Shown piece after piece: positions 23,678 to 40,855 of a DNA stretch of 64,000 nt. The DNA comes from Amoebophrya sp. A120 (taxonomy: Eukaryota; Protista; Dinoflagellata): positions 8,017,224 to 8,081,223 of the forward strand of contig CAJINV010000002.1 of assembly GCA_905178155.1 (NCBI GenBank), read 5' to 3'. How positions within the stretch are numbered: position 1 is the stretch's first letter; every line of letters begins with the position of its first letter. Below the pieces are notes generated by a model. It was not told where the DNA came from. It did no database searches and saw nothing but the letters and a program-made list of their open reading frames with translations. A program made the translations under genes and the position numbers.

Positions 23678-25044
23678 ATGGAGGACTGCGAAGAGGAGTT
23701 CTGGCAGTCGCTGCAAGATGAGTTGGATCAGCAAGCCAAGCTGAATTTCAGCACGTACGATGCGACGATTGAAGCTTTCGGGGAGAAGAAAGCAGAAGAC
23801 GCAGCGCGAGCGTTTCTCGCGTCCGGTAAAAGTCTACCCGTAGATTTTCTGAAGAAGAGCACCGTGCTCCCGTCCAGAATGTTCACGCGCGACATGTTTG
23901 CGGTAAAGCCCACCGCCGGTGACAAGTTAGGAGTAATCAACTGTCCGTCGCAGGCGCAGCTGCTGAAGCTCGCTGCAGACATGGGGAAGCTGAAGATAGT
24001 ACAGCGTACGGCTAACGGGAAAACGGAGATTTTCGCGCAACGCAAAGACGATCCGCTCAGTAGGTCGAAGCTGCAGCCCGACATGCCGCAGGAGCTTTTC
24101 CTGTCGCGCATGCGGAACGCACAAGCGAGTGTGGGCGAGGTGTTTCAAGCACGGAGTAAAGCGGAAGTGTCCGCAGCACGCGGGAAGATGGCGCATGCGA
24201 TGGATATCGCGCAAGATCCGCTGCAGCTATCCCCGGCCATGAGCGAGTGCAACGCCTTGTCGTCGTGTAAGCAAGCAGAAGAAAACCGGGACTCGAGAGT
24301 CCGGCGTTATCTGAAAATAGCACAGCATCTGCCCCACATGTTGTGGGAGCGCGACTCAGTCAGAGCCTATGTAGGCGTTAGTATTGCGGCCGGTTACGCA
24401 AGTACAAAGACTGCAGTCTACGACGTGATGCAGGATTCCCGTTGCCGCGTGACCGATGAGGAGCAAGAAAGCACTCGTAAAGAGTTAGCCGCGTTGACGC
24501 GCAGGGGCCACCTTGGCCGAAAAATGCAGAAGTCCCCTCTGACAATTTGTCATGTGAAGTTCCACTGGGAAAAGGGGTCGACTTCCGATCGTCAAGCGGT
24601 TGTGCTTTTGCTGGCTTGGTGCGGCGCGTTGCGGAAAAGCGAAGTTAAAAAACTCGACATCAAGCAGACAGGGGAGAAGGATCTCACTCGTATGAGATAT
24701 GACGGTAGCGATTTAGTACTAAACTTTCAAGAGTGTTCGACGAAAGTCAACTCCTACTCAGTTGTTAGAATCGCGTGTGTGTGCGAGCAGCTCAAAGCAA
24801 TTTCGTTTCCGCCGCATTTCTGTGTTTGCAAATGGAAAGACTTGTTGTGTAAATTGGAGAAAGATGATCTTTGTGTGTCCACCATCATGAAAGGAGTTTT
24901 CCAGGAAAAGGATGTGGCTTCCCATAGTTGGAGAATTGGCTGCGCAACACATTTGCACCTCAACAAAGTTGATCCGATCAAATGCGTCATCCATTGTCTT
25001 ATGCAAGTGCAAACCATCATCTGTATGTGCAGAATGTAAGTTGA
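23678..25044 (+). CDS. Tyrosine recombinase (phage-integrase family), C-terminus probably frameshifted
   Basis: LLLAWCGALRKSEV (catalytic R), STKVN (K), SHSWRIGCAT (HxxR); candidate catalytic Tyr (..ASANHHLYVQ, TAT 25024-26) lies in a shifted frame. Confidence 0.85.
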
Positions 25045-25509
25045 AAAAAAGTAAAAGCCTGTGTAGAGCTGTGTGCGCACACCACGCCAGCATGTGCAGA
25101 TAATGTTTGGCATGCATAAGAAGTTGGAGCGAGTTAAGTATGCTCATGTATTACATGCGATCAATCCCATACATATCCAAATCAATGTTTGTCCCACTGG
25201 TTTTTGCTGGTTTGTGAGCATCAAGCTATAATGTCAAGAAAAAATGCGTTTTTTTGTAATGCGCCAAAGTGCAATAGATAAGGAAGAGAATCCAAGTCGT
25301 TAGTTGCGACCGCAGAAAGCATGTGTGTGTGTTCCGTCACGTCGCAAAGCGCGCTCACATGTAGTCACGAGCGCGTGCTGTCAAACCCGTCTTGAGCGAT
25401 TCAGTTTTTCGCGTGCGTCCTGCTTGAAGTCGCGCACTTCTCAATCAACAAGAAATAGGCTGAGAGTCCACCTAGTAAGACTAAGTTTGCCACACTTGCA
25501 AATCACAAA

Positions 25510-26761
25510 ATGGCTGCTGCTGGTCCAAATGTCGCTGCTGCTGCAGCAGTCGTCGCAGGTACAGCGTCGTGTTTAGTTTTTGACTTTCCACAGAGAAACG
25601 CAATGGTGAAATGCAAGTGGCAGCAGTCTACTGTAAATAATTCACGTACATACTCAGGTGGTGACGCCCAGGCGCAGCGTCAGATCGCCGACTTTTTGAC
25701 CGGCCAGGAACCTGTCATCGAGCAGGCCGTGCAGAACTTGCATTACGCGATGCCGGAACTCCGGCCGAAGTGCCAGGGTTTCAAGAACGCCGCGACGAAG
25801 GGAAACCAGCGGCGCTGGTGGGAAGTCGGTACGTTCTTCCCGCACAAAGTGGCAGGCTGTGTAGTCTATGCAGATCTAAGTATTGTACATGATTGTGAGT
25901 TTGATTCTTTGCATAAGTGGGCAGCAAACGTAGTCAGCATGCAAGTGCAAGTGCAGTGTAACGTTAAAATCATCACTATCAGGCCAAGCCCTCAAGTCCA
26001 GTGACCCGAAGGAGAGCTCCAAGCTGAGCTTCAGCGTCGGTGACATGCTGGCCGCGATGTCGTGTCGCACGCACCGCGAACGTGATGCGATCCTCACGCC
26101 GGAACGCAGAGATGCAATTCACAACCAATATTTAATTTACTTGCTGCTTCCACTTTGTCGGAAGAGTTAGCAAAAAAGTGCATGGGTGCTTGCCTGTTTA
26201 AAACAGAACAGTTAACCAGTGATGCCCAGAATGGCAATGGTCAGACGACCTACGAACAACGCATTCGCGTGCTCATGGGTATTGTTGTTTTTCACATAGA
26301 GTGTTGAAAAGAGATGCAGCACAGATGCAAGTTGTAGTGCGCACATGCAGTAAAAAGTGGAAGCATGCATGCAAATGTCTTGGTTGAAAATTGCAGGTGA
26401 ACAGCGATGGAACACGCTGTGGAGCGCGGAGTTGGCCAAGTGCAAGGCGGTCAAGGAGGCCGCGGACGAGAGTTCCAGGCAGGCCCGTGAGCTCATCGAG
26501 GAGCAGAAGAAAGCCACCGAAGCGATGTTGGCCGACCTGAAGGCGTCCCTGGCGGGCCAGCACCAAGGGCATGGCGCAGACTGGAACGGGAAGCAGCGTA
26601 GTGGCAAGAAAGGCAAAGGTAGAACGCCTGTCAAGTTTGTTGATGTCACCAAGTACAAAAATTGCCCACCGCGAGGCTACGTGTGGTGCAATAAGTGCAT
26701 GGCGTTGCATCAAGCTTCTAGCACCAGGCTCGCCACAAGCAGCATTGGCTGTCAGGCATAA
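25510..26761 (+). pseudogene. Decayed gag-like ORF of the retroelement
   Basis: Two GC-rich ORF segments (164 aa and 134 aa) with coiled-coil, basic patch and WCNKCMALH knuckle-like motif, separated by stops and a frameshift. Confidence 0.45.
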
Positions 26762-27775
26762 ACGTGTAAGTATTTCTCACCATCTCTGAGGTAAGAACGG
26801 TGGCAAGAACAAGGGGAAGACCGGTGGCAAGAAGTGGCGCCATAGTTTCATGCGCAATGGTGGAAAGTGCAACGTCGATGGTTGTACTTTCTCCCACCCG
26901 GCGAAAAAGGGTGACATCAGTGAACATGACTACAACTCCATGAAGTACGACCCGAAGTTCTCGCAGAAATTCCAGAACATCGAGTTCGAAAGCTGGTGCA
27001 AAGAGGTCGCCGAGTAATGTCACCGCTCAGAGTCCCTCTGTTCTAGATGTTAAGCACGCGCAGCAGGTCGCTTCACCTAAGTGAAGTGTTTCACTTTCCC
27101 AAGGAAAAGCTTGTTGCTTAAAGAAAAATCGCTGAAATTAATCATCTGTAAATAATTTTTTGTGAAACCTGTTGCGCGTGCAACTCGATTTATCAAGTTT
27201 CTTTTAATTTTTTTTGTCACATAATTGACACAGTATTGCTACAAGTCTGGTTTGTCAAAATGCAACTGTCATCATATTCAGATGAAAGCACGAGTGCGCA
27301 GAAGCTTTGACTGTGTGACTTGTGGAGAAGGCAATGCTGAAGTGGAAACTTAAAAAATGTAAATGCGCAGTAGAACTGTATGCAGCCAGAGTAGCAATTG
27401 CCCGGGAAAATGTGTTCAGGAACAAGAGCTTCGGTAAATGTAATTGCACCATGTCGAGGCTCGGTTGCGTCGGTAAGTGTACACCACGCGCGGGGAAATG
27501 CTGAATCGGTCTTGGCAAATTGTGTAGCACAGTGACAGCAAAGTGCAAGTCGTAGCATATGGGGCTAGCAAAAGTCACAGCAAAGATGCAAGCAAATGCG
27601 TGTATAACCATGCAAATGTAGAGCACTGCAAATCTGAAAAACGTCATATTTGTCGCAAGTGCTGCATTGGCAAAGCAAAGTACACACTCGCGTCACATCA
27701 GACATCTTCGTGCACAAGTTCGACATCTCAGTTACGCGCAGTGCAGTCACATGTAAATTTTAGTACTGAGGCAGA

Positions 27776-30097
27776 GTGCGCGGCACAGTGCCAGTTCCCA
27801 CAGAAGATGAGGTGAGGAAAGTTCTTAAACGGATAGAGTGCGACACTATTCGCGATCATCCGTTCCAGAAGGCACAGGAGTTGCCAAACCCGGCATTTTT
27901 GACGGAGGAGCTGCTACGCAAGCAGCGCGAGCAAGTCAAGATCTGGGCAGTAGAGACCAAGGAGAGGTCGCTACAGATCTACAACCAAATAGATGAGGAA
28001 ATCAGGAAGCCGAGAACGTGTGCTGTTTTGGGCTTGTGGGAAAAGCTAGGCGAGCTTTACCACAGGAGTGATCCTACTGCCTGGGAGGTATGGCGAGACG
28101 GCCCGAAGATGATCGGGCCGTGCGATGTAGACGAGACGTGGTCTCCCAGGCAGAGGAAGGACAAGATGGCAGATCCGATTGAGGCGTACGAGCCCAGCAA
28201 GGTCATCAAGGACATCATCGCAGGAAGGCATGTGAAACCACGGTGGAAAGATGGCGATGTGGAACTAGTGTGGGAGCGAAGTTTGCAGGAAACGCAGGGG
28301 GTCCCCGAGTTAGGTTACGCCCTGCTCGAGGGACCATACGACATCCCGGATGATGTCGCCAGCAAGCCCGATGAGTTGAAAAAGATCTACTACGGCTACC
28401 GCAGATTTCCGCGCCATCAAGTGCGGAGATGCCGGCTAATAGAACCGGCCGCGAGTGCGAACAAGTGTTCGCCATTGGGGAAACGCGTCCCCATACCTGC
28501 TGCCGTCGACATACTTACAAATGCGGCCGTCGCCCGCAACCCGGCGCTCGCAGGTCGCGGCGTCATCCGGCACAGCAAAAAAGTCCTTCAAAAATGCAGA
28601 GCTGCGGAACAAAAGTATGAGAAGCAGTTTCTGGACTTCATACAAGGCAGCGGTAAAGAAATGGACAGCAGCTTGCTCAAGCCAGGTGCAAAACACCCTG
28701 TGCGTGGTGTAAAATCTTCCTTCTCCAACATGAACAGCAGTAAATCAAGACGAGTGTGCGCAGATCAACTCAACGACCTGGAAGTAATTTTGTTGGATAT
28801 CGCGAAATGCTACAGCAGTACTATGATCCGTCCTTCCCACCGCAAGTATAACACCATCCTCGTCTACAACCCACACGTGTCCAGATACTGCAGATTTGTG
28901 GGAGTCTCTGCCATTTTTGGCAGCAGACATTCGGCGACGGGATGGCGTAGGCCGGGGAAATTGCTGCGTGCGGTGCTTCGTCTTCACTATTTTTTAAATA
29001 GTGACGACTATGTGGATGATTATCCTAACTTCACGAAGTTAGGACTCGGAGAAGCTGTGCGGGAGATCCTTTTGGAGCTACTAGAGCTCCTAGGACTCCC
29101 AGCAATGCGTGATACAATCGTCGTCGCGTGTGTACTCGAAGTCTTGGGTCTCCTCTTCGACGTCACCAAGCGGTCGCCGACCATCACGGTAACGGAGGGA
29201 AAAAAGCAGCAAATAAATGCTGCTTGTGACGCAGCGCTTGCGGTCATGATGCTGGATCCCGTTAGTGCGAGCGAATTGTTAGGGCGTTTAGCATTCGTTT
29301 TGGGGGCGATAGCGGACCGGGCGCTCAGCCCAGTCCTCAAGCCGTTGCGAATACATCTCTCCAAGGAGGACACCGTCATCGCGCAAGACGTGGCGGACGC
29401 GTTAAAAGCAGTAAAGCGCACCATGTCGCTAAACCTGGAACGTGCGGCGCAGTTTGAGACTCCGGGGGAGCTCAACACGCTATTGCACACCGATGCCCAA
29501 TGGAGTGCGAAGAAATGAGTTTTAGCGGCGGCGTTGATTCAACGCGGGAAGTTTTATTGCGTGCGGGAAAATGTGGAATTTGACCAGCTTCATCGGGATT
29601 ACGCCCTGTATCCCATAAATGTGCTTGAGACCGTTGCGGCACCAATCTCACTACGCTTCTATGCCGAGCAGCTGCAGAATAGAAGATTTGATCATGGTAT
29701 AGATAATAAATGCGCCCAAGAGTCACTCTTGGCGCAAGGCAAATCCAAGCAAGGACAAAAATGGGCATTTACTCGGCTTGCAGCCGAATTTTGGACTATT
29801 GCTGCACAGCATTCCACGCGTCCTTGGAATACTCGTATTCCGTCTGCTTTTAATATTGCAGATTACCCCACGAGGGACGAGAAGATGGAGGCACTCCTCC
29901 GAGTTTTTCCGGGATTATTTGAAGAAGTGATAGAAGGTTTTGGCATGAGGGAGTACCTCGGGAAGCTTCTGGTTGGTGACGTCTCTGCTGGTGTCATAGC
30001 TCTCGCGGACACGCTCGCTGCTGCAGAGCCGCTTAGAGATCGCGCTAGAATTAATTCGTGCTTGTTAGGCTCCTCGGATGAAGAAGTCGACGTGTAA
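27776..30097 (+). CDS. Reverse transcriptase-RNase H (pol) with one in-frame TGA at 29516-29518; true start unclear
   Basis: RT: CRLIE, LLDIAKCY, IFGSRHS, YVDDY, EVLG. RNase H: LHTDAQ, INVLE, GIDN, RIPSAFNIADYPTR (DIRS-type). Confidence 0.9.
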
Positions 30098-30386
30098 AAT
30101 GTAAGCAAGCGTGACAGTTGGTTTTTTTGTGAAGTCTTTTTGTGAAGTAACTTCTAGCATAGTCCACTTAGATGCTGCGCTCGTCTGGATAAACGGGTGA
30201 TTTGTTCTGTTGGTCGTGTCGTGAGGTATGTGTACACGGCCTTGGCACGCCGATAGGGTTCTACTTCTATCGCGGCGTGCACTGATCGCGAGTCGTAGCC
30301 ACTGCGTGGCGTTCTTGGTAGGCGTTTCAGAGTTATCAAGGTGGTGGTCTGAGATGGTTGCGTTGTCTGCTACGTATGTGCTGAGC

Positions 30387-30556
30387 GGGCCGCCCACCAC
30401 CTTTTCATGTCAAAGAGCGACCTGAGAGTCGCGTGTAGTTGTGCCTACCGCGCACGCCGTGTGAGTGTCTGCGCGTCGCGATCGCACTTGGGACCAGAAG
30501 GTCGTGTGCATAATATCCACGCGTGACGAAACTGAGAGCGTTGCCCAGATATAAAA
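30387..30556. repeat. Split direct repeat C2 (170 bp), element 3' end
   Basis: Matches 23334-23503 with a few substitutions. Confidence 0.95.
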
Positions 30557-30746
30557 CCACAACCACACAAACGCGCGGAAAGTCATGACTAGTAGTTCGG
30601 TGGAGATCAGCAATTTTTTACGCAGCAGCGGCCTGAGAACAAGCTTCGCCTGCGAATCGGGGAGATTTCTTTGAGGAAACACGACCCACAAGCCTCGCTC
30701 TAGTTTCGAAATTGCCGCTCCCGCGACTGACAATTTCGAGGGGGAG

Positions 30747-31093
30747 TCCGTGGCAGCAGCTGTCAAGCTGCTTTGCGGGCCACCTTTCGTTGTTTGCCTG
30801 AGCGAATTCGGTAGCTCGTGAAATGAGCGCAGGGGCTTCGTGGTGGGATCGTGGGAATCGTACGCGATGCAATTCGTTGATGAGAATCAAGAGAAAGAAA
30901 GAGAAAGAAGAGAAAGAAAAGAGGAGGGACCTACTCTGATGATGATGATGAATGGGCCTCGTTTGGAACTTTCCCACCATAGTGGTGAGCTCGGGAGAGC
31001 TCTTTTTGTTTTGGAATAAAATGAAAGAACTGAAGCGAATACCATGCGGCTTCGCGATTCTGGTCGTCGGATGTTCTAGATCGTTCGCAAAGT
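30747..31093. repeat. Outer direct repeat A2
   Basis: Matches 22005-22399; ends in AGT of an AGTGGG (31091-96) that is also found at 21999-22004. Confidence 0.92.
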
Positions 31094-31096
31094 GGG

Positions 31097-31817
31097 CGAC
31101 CCCCTTGCAACATTTTGTGGGGGCAGGCCACCAGTCTGTATGGTTTTGCGGTGTTGTGCCACCAGTTAGTAATATTTTTTGTGGAGGTTTCTTTTTCAGC
31201 TGCGAAGATTTTGTGCAGTGGGGCCACCACTTGGGAAGATTTTCAGCGGCCAGACGAGTAGGTAGCACAATTTTGCGCGGTGGCAACCAGGTGGTAAGTT
31301 TTTCCAGGGTTTGGCTGCCAAATGAGAAGGTTTCGCGGGGTTGGGCTACTAGCTGGCAAGTTTTTGTGTGGTGGGGCTGTAGCCAGCCATTGCATAAGCC
31401 CTGCTCCAGATGCGGGGCCCCCAAAGACTTACTATGTGGGTGCGCGGACCCCATAAAAATAACAATCGGGGCGCACAGGCTTTACTCTAGTTGTATTGTG
31501 GGTGCGCGGAAGTCGCAATCTCCTTAAGGTGCTATCTGGTCACGCGGAAGTCAAAAGAGTTGCAAGGAGGGTGCGCAGGCCTGTGCAGCGTCCTACTTGG
31601 ACATGCGGACCATTCACAGTAGCTGCGACGGCGGCGCCTAGAGCACTAAAAGGCTACTGTCTGGACCAAGGGGGCCACGAAGGCGCGGGGATCCCGACAA
31701 AACCGCTCGCCCCGCTCGCTGAGTTTCGCGAAAAGGCTAAGGAATCTTTTCTCGCCCCGCGGACCGCCCAAAAGTGGACGTCTGCGCGCGGGCCGCCAAA
31801 AAATCGCCATCCGGGTA
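31097..31817. repeat. Continuation of the degenerate ~30-bp satellite, with well-conserved units at 31757-31817
   Basis: cgcggaccgcccaaaagtgg.. and ggccgccaaaaaatcgccatccgg match the units at 21299-21500. Confidence 0.6.
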
Positions 31818-33072
31818 GCCGCCCCAACAGGAGGAACGTGGGGGGACACGTCGAGACCGGAGGCTCACCGGCCCTGTTTTACGAGTGCTATCCCGTATGT
31901 ACTTCATTTGTAGTAGTTTTGTTCGTGGTATTAACACGTCGGACTTACCATCTACCCGACCCACGGGCGTACCGGAAGCTCGAAGACTCCTCTTGCCGAT
32001 GGTCAAAAGAATAGCCGTCCGATGCAAAGTTTTCCGATTCGTTTCGGTAGCAATGGTCGCAATATTAATGTTGGGCTCCCTGCACTTCTCTGCCGAAGAG
32101 GACCGGTAGTATCTATAGATTTGCTGCTGCCGTCCTTGTCTGTGTTCTCAGTCACGTTTGTCTTGCATGTAAAAGGGTACCAGTAGCCTATCTGCCAAGA
32201 AGGTGCCGCCGTCTTTACTTTGTGTTTACTTTTCACCCAGGCGCCGCGTAAGGACAAATACAAAGCTTTCTTCCGTCCGCTCAACCGATCATTTCCCGGC
32301 TTCATGAGAATGCAAATTGAGGAGATAGATGCTGTGGGATGCGACTTCATAATCATATACTAACCTACCAGGTGTTCTTTTGTGGCTCAGCGTTTCGGGA
32401 GGTTCCGTTCCCAAGAAGCGGCTCTGTCATTTTTCGGTTCTGTTGCAGCTCGTCCCCGCATTGTGTTTAGTCTTCCTTGGCTGTGATCGTATATATTGGT
32501 CTATTCTTATCTGCCCCTCCGGAGAGCGCAGGCGTCTCTGCCGCCCGTGCAAGCATCAAACGTTCTCGTGCTCAAGCGTTAGAAGTCCTCTAGCGGTTGT
32601 ATTTGAAGGCCATTGCAGGAGAGTATTAGTAGTCTAGCGCTCGTATCAATCTGAAGGTCATTTTTCCAGGAGGCATCGAGGATGCACCCTAACCCCATGT
32701 CAGTGTCACCCTCCAGCTGCGCAACCCCGGGTGGACGACCTCCTGCGACTGGCGCGCCACCGATAGCAGCGTAAGTGATCTGAAACACGACGAGCACCCA
32801 GCGCAACGGATCGGGGCATTGCCGCGGTAAGTCTGCCTCCTCCTCGTCGCGTCCTGATCCGCCGCCTTGCGTTTTTTGCCGCACGATAGCTACCAGTTGT
32901 CGTTTCATCCCACGGTGACGCGCGATCCAGTTTTCCGCAAATTCGGTCCATCGCAGCAGGACAGACCCCGCAACGCGGCAACCCGAAGTCAGGGCGTTAC
33001 GGAGAAAACTGTGCGAACACTTTGTTGAAAATTACCGTCTCTCCGTCCGTGCCCGCTCCCGTTGAGGGAGTT

Positions 33073-39034
<5,962 letters not shown>

Positions 39035-40855
39035 GACACTTTTTCCCAAAGCTTCGTGGTCCCTGCATCACTTCATGTTGCACCACATTTCTTCGCCGTC
39101 GGAGCTCTGTACCTGCGGGGGTGCAGGGTTGCACTTGAGGCGTCTGGATGTGATCATTTTACTCTTTTATTTTGGTTTGGGTCATATTAAACTTAGTATG
39201 ACGAAATTTTTAGATGACAATTTTTTGGCCGGTCTGTTCAAAAGAATTTTCCAAATTTTCACAAAAAAAATTGTGTTTTTTTCCAGGTACTACTTACTAG
39301 CTGCAATCACCCTACAAAAGAGAAAATAATTTCGTTGTTCATCGATTTGATGGCCGTGCCAAAGTTTGCATGAAACAGACCGGACTTGATGTTCAATGTG
39401 TGAATCATTGTTGGCAGAAGATATTAGAGATAAACCGTATGTTTAGGATGGATCATTTAGGTCTGAAACGCGGCAAGCACTGCGGTGGGCAAAACTAGTA
39501 TAGAAAAATTGCAGACAAGGTTGGTATACGAAGCCGAGGCGACATCGAAATTTTGATGTTGCACGGAGGGCAATTTCTTTTGTCGGAAAAGTAGCGTAGG
39601 TCTTTATTATCACCATACACGAAGTTGCCAAGAAAAAGAAAAACTAGGAAAAGAAACCTGCGTTTCAAGTACGTGTTGACAGTGGCCGTAAAAGTCCTTA
39701 TCGGGGGAGAGCAGCGACTCGCGTTGATAGCTTTTATCGGGGCAGTGCTGCGGCTCGCCGGGGATGGGGATGCGGCAAAGAGTCTTTTAGTTTTGACATT
39801 GTGCGGTTGTTGCAAAAAAACAGAATAAAAGCAGAAGATATTCACTGGCAAAAGCTGTGCAAAAATTCACAAATCCATGCGGCCCAACTTCCAGCAGGGT
39901 GAGCACTGGAGGGCAGCTTTTCTGTAGGCGGAAAGGCAGCTGCCGCACATCGGTGGCTAAACATGTTCCGAGATGACATAAGGACGAGAAAGTTGAAATC
40001 AGAATTACAAGATCACAGAAAGAAATGACGAACCACAAAAAACGAGAACTGTAACAAGTCGCCATGACGCGACTTCAGAAGAGTAAGATCTTACCTTGAC
40101 AACATCAGATCAGAATCTTTCGAAAAATTTGGAGGCGTGCAGCCTCGCAGCCGATTGAAAGTCGGACTGTAACCGAGGACATCACGATTCCTGATGTGTA
40201 GCAAGTTGGCAAATCATAAATGCGTTATCCACTTCACAGTTCCCTCCACTCACTTTGCCTCGCATTCGATCCACAAATTCATCTCTGTTTTTTTCATTTG
40301 AAACCTGATAGTGCTGTACCAAGAGCAAAATGGAATGTATGTCGATCTCGAGTAGTGTTGCAAATTGTTGAAAAGAACGAGACGTATGTGTAAGTTTCAC
40401 ACCTTACGACCTGTCCGTGCTCTTTCAAAAGGTTTTTTCTGCCCAATCCAACCAGGCACGTCTAATTTAGTTCTAGCATAGCACTCACGCTAGCTTTTCC
40501 AGATATTCAGGTGTTGCGCTTTTTCAGCTCGTTGCATAACTGTCTGCATATCTCCCTTCTCGCCGAGTTGTTTTACCACGCTGCAGGTTATTTTACCCTA
40601 GTATCTTCACTATTGCAATAGCGAAAAAGAGTTTTTAAAAGTGAGATTGTTTTATTTGCCGCGTTTTTTTTTCAGCTGCAAGTTTTTGCAACCTATCGCT
40701 TTTAGAAAACTAAATCCCTTTCGTAGCTGTTGACTGCGGCAAGTAGACCAGCTTTACGACGCGGTCTGATAACTTAAGGTAGAGCCGCGCGTGGTCCTCA
40801 ACAACTTTTTGAGGCTCTCGACGTCCCGTGTTGCTTAAAAAATACATCTTTGACC

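Larger units (their letters stand above)
22476..30556 (+). mobile_element. Tyrosine-recombinase (DIRS-order) retrotransposon with split direct repeats, partly decayed
   Basis: B1 22476-22632, C1|B2 junction 23334-23660, C2 30387-30556; YR, RT and RNase H coding regions; no TSD. Confidence 0.9.

Noticed and set aside
22005-31093. Classical LTR retrotransposon with A repeats as LTRs
   Set aside because: No TG...CA ends, no integrase or protease motif, no evident PBS; the RT/RNase H is DIRS-type and accompanied by a YR
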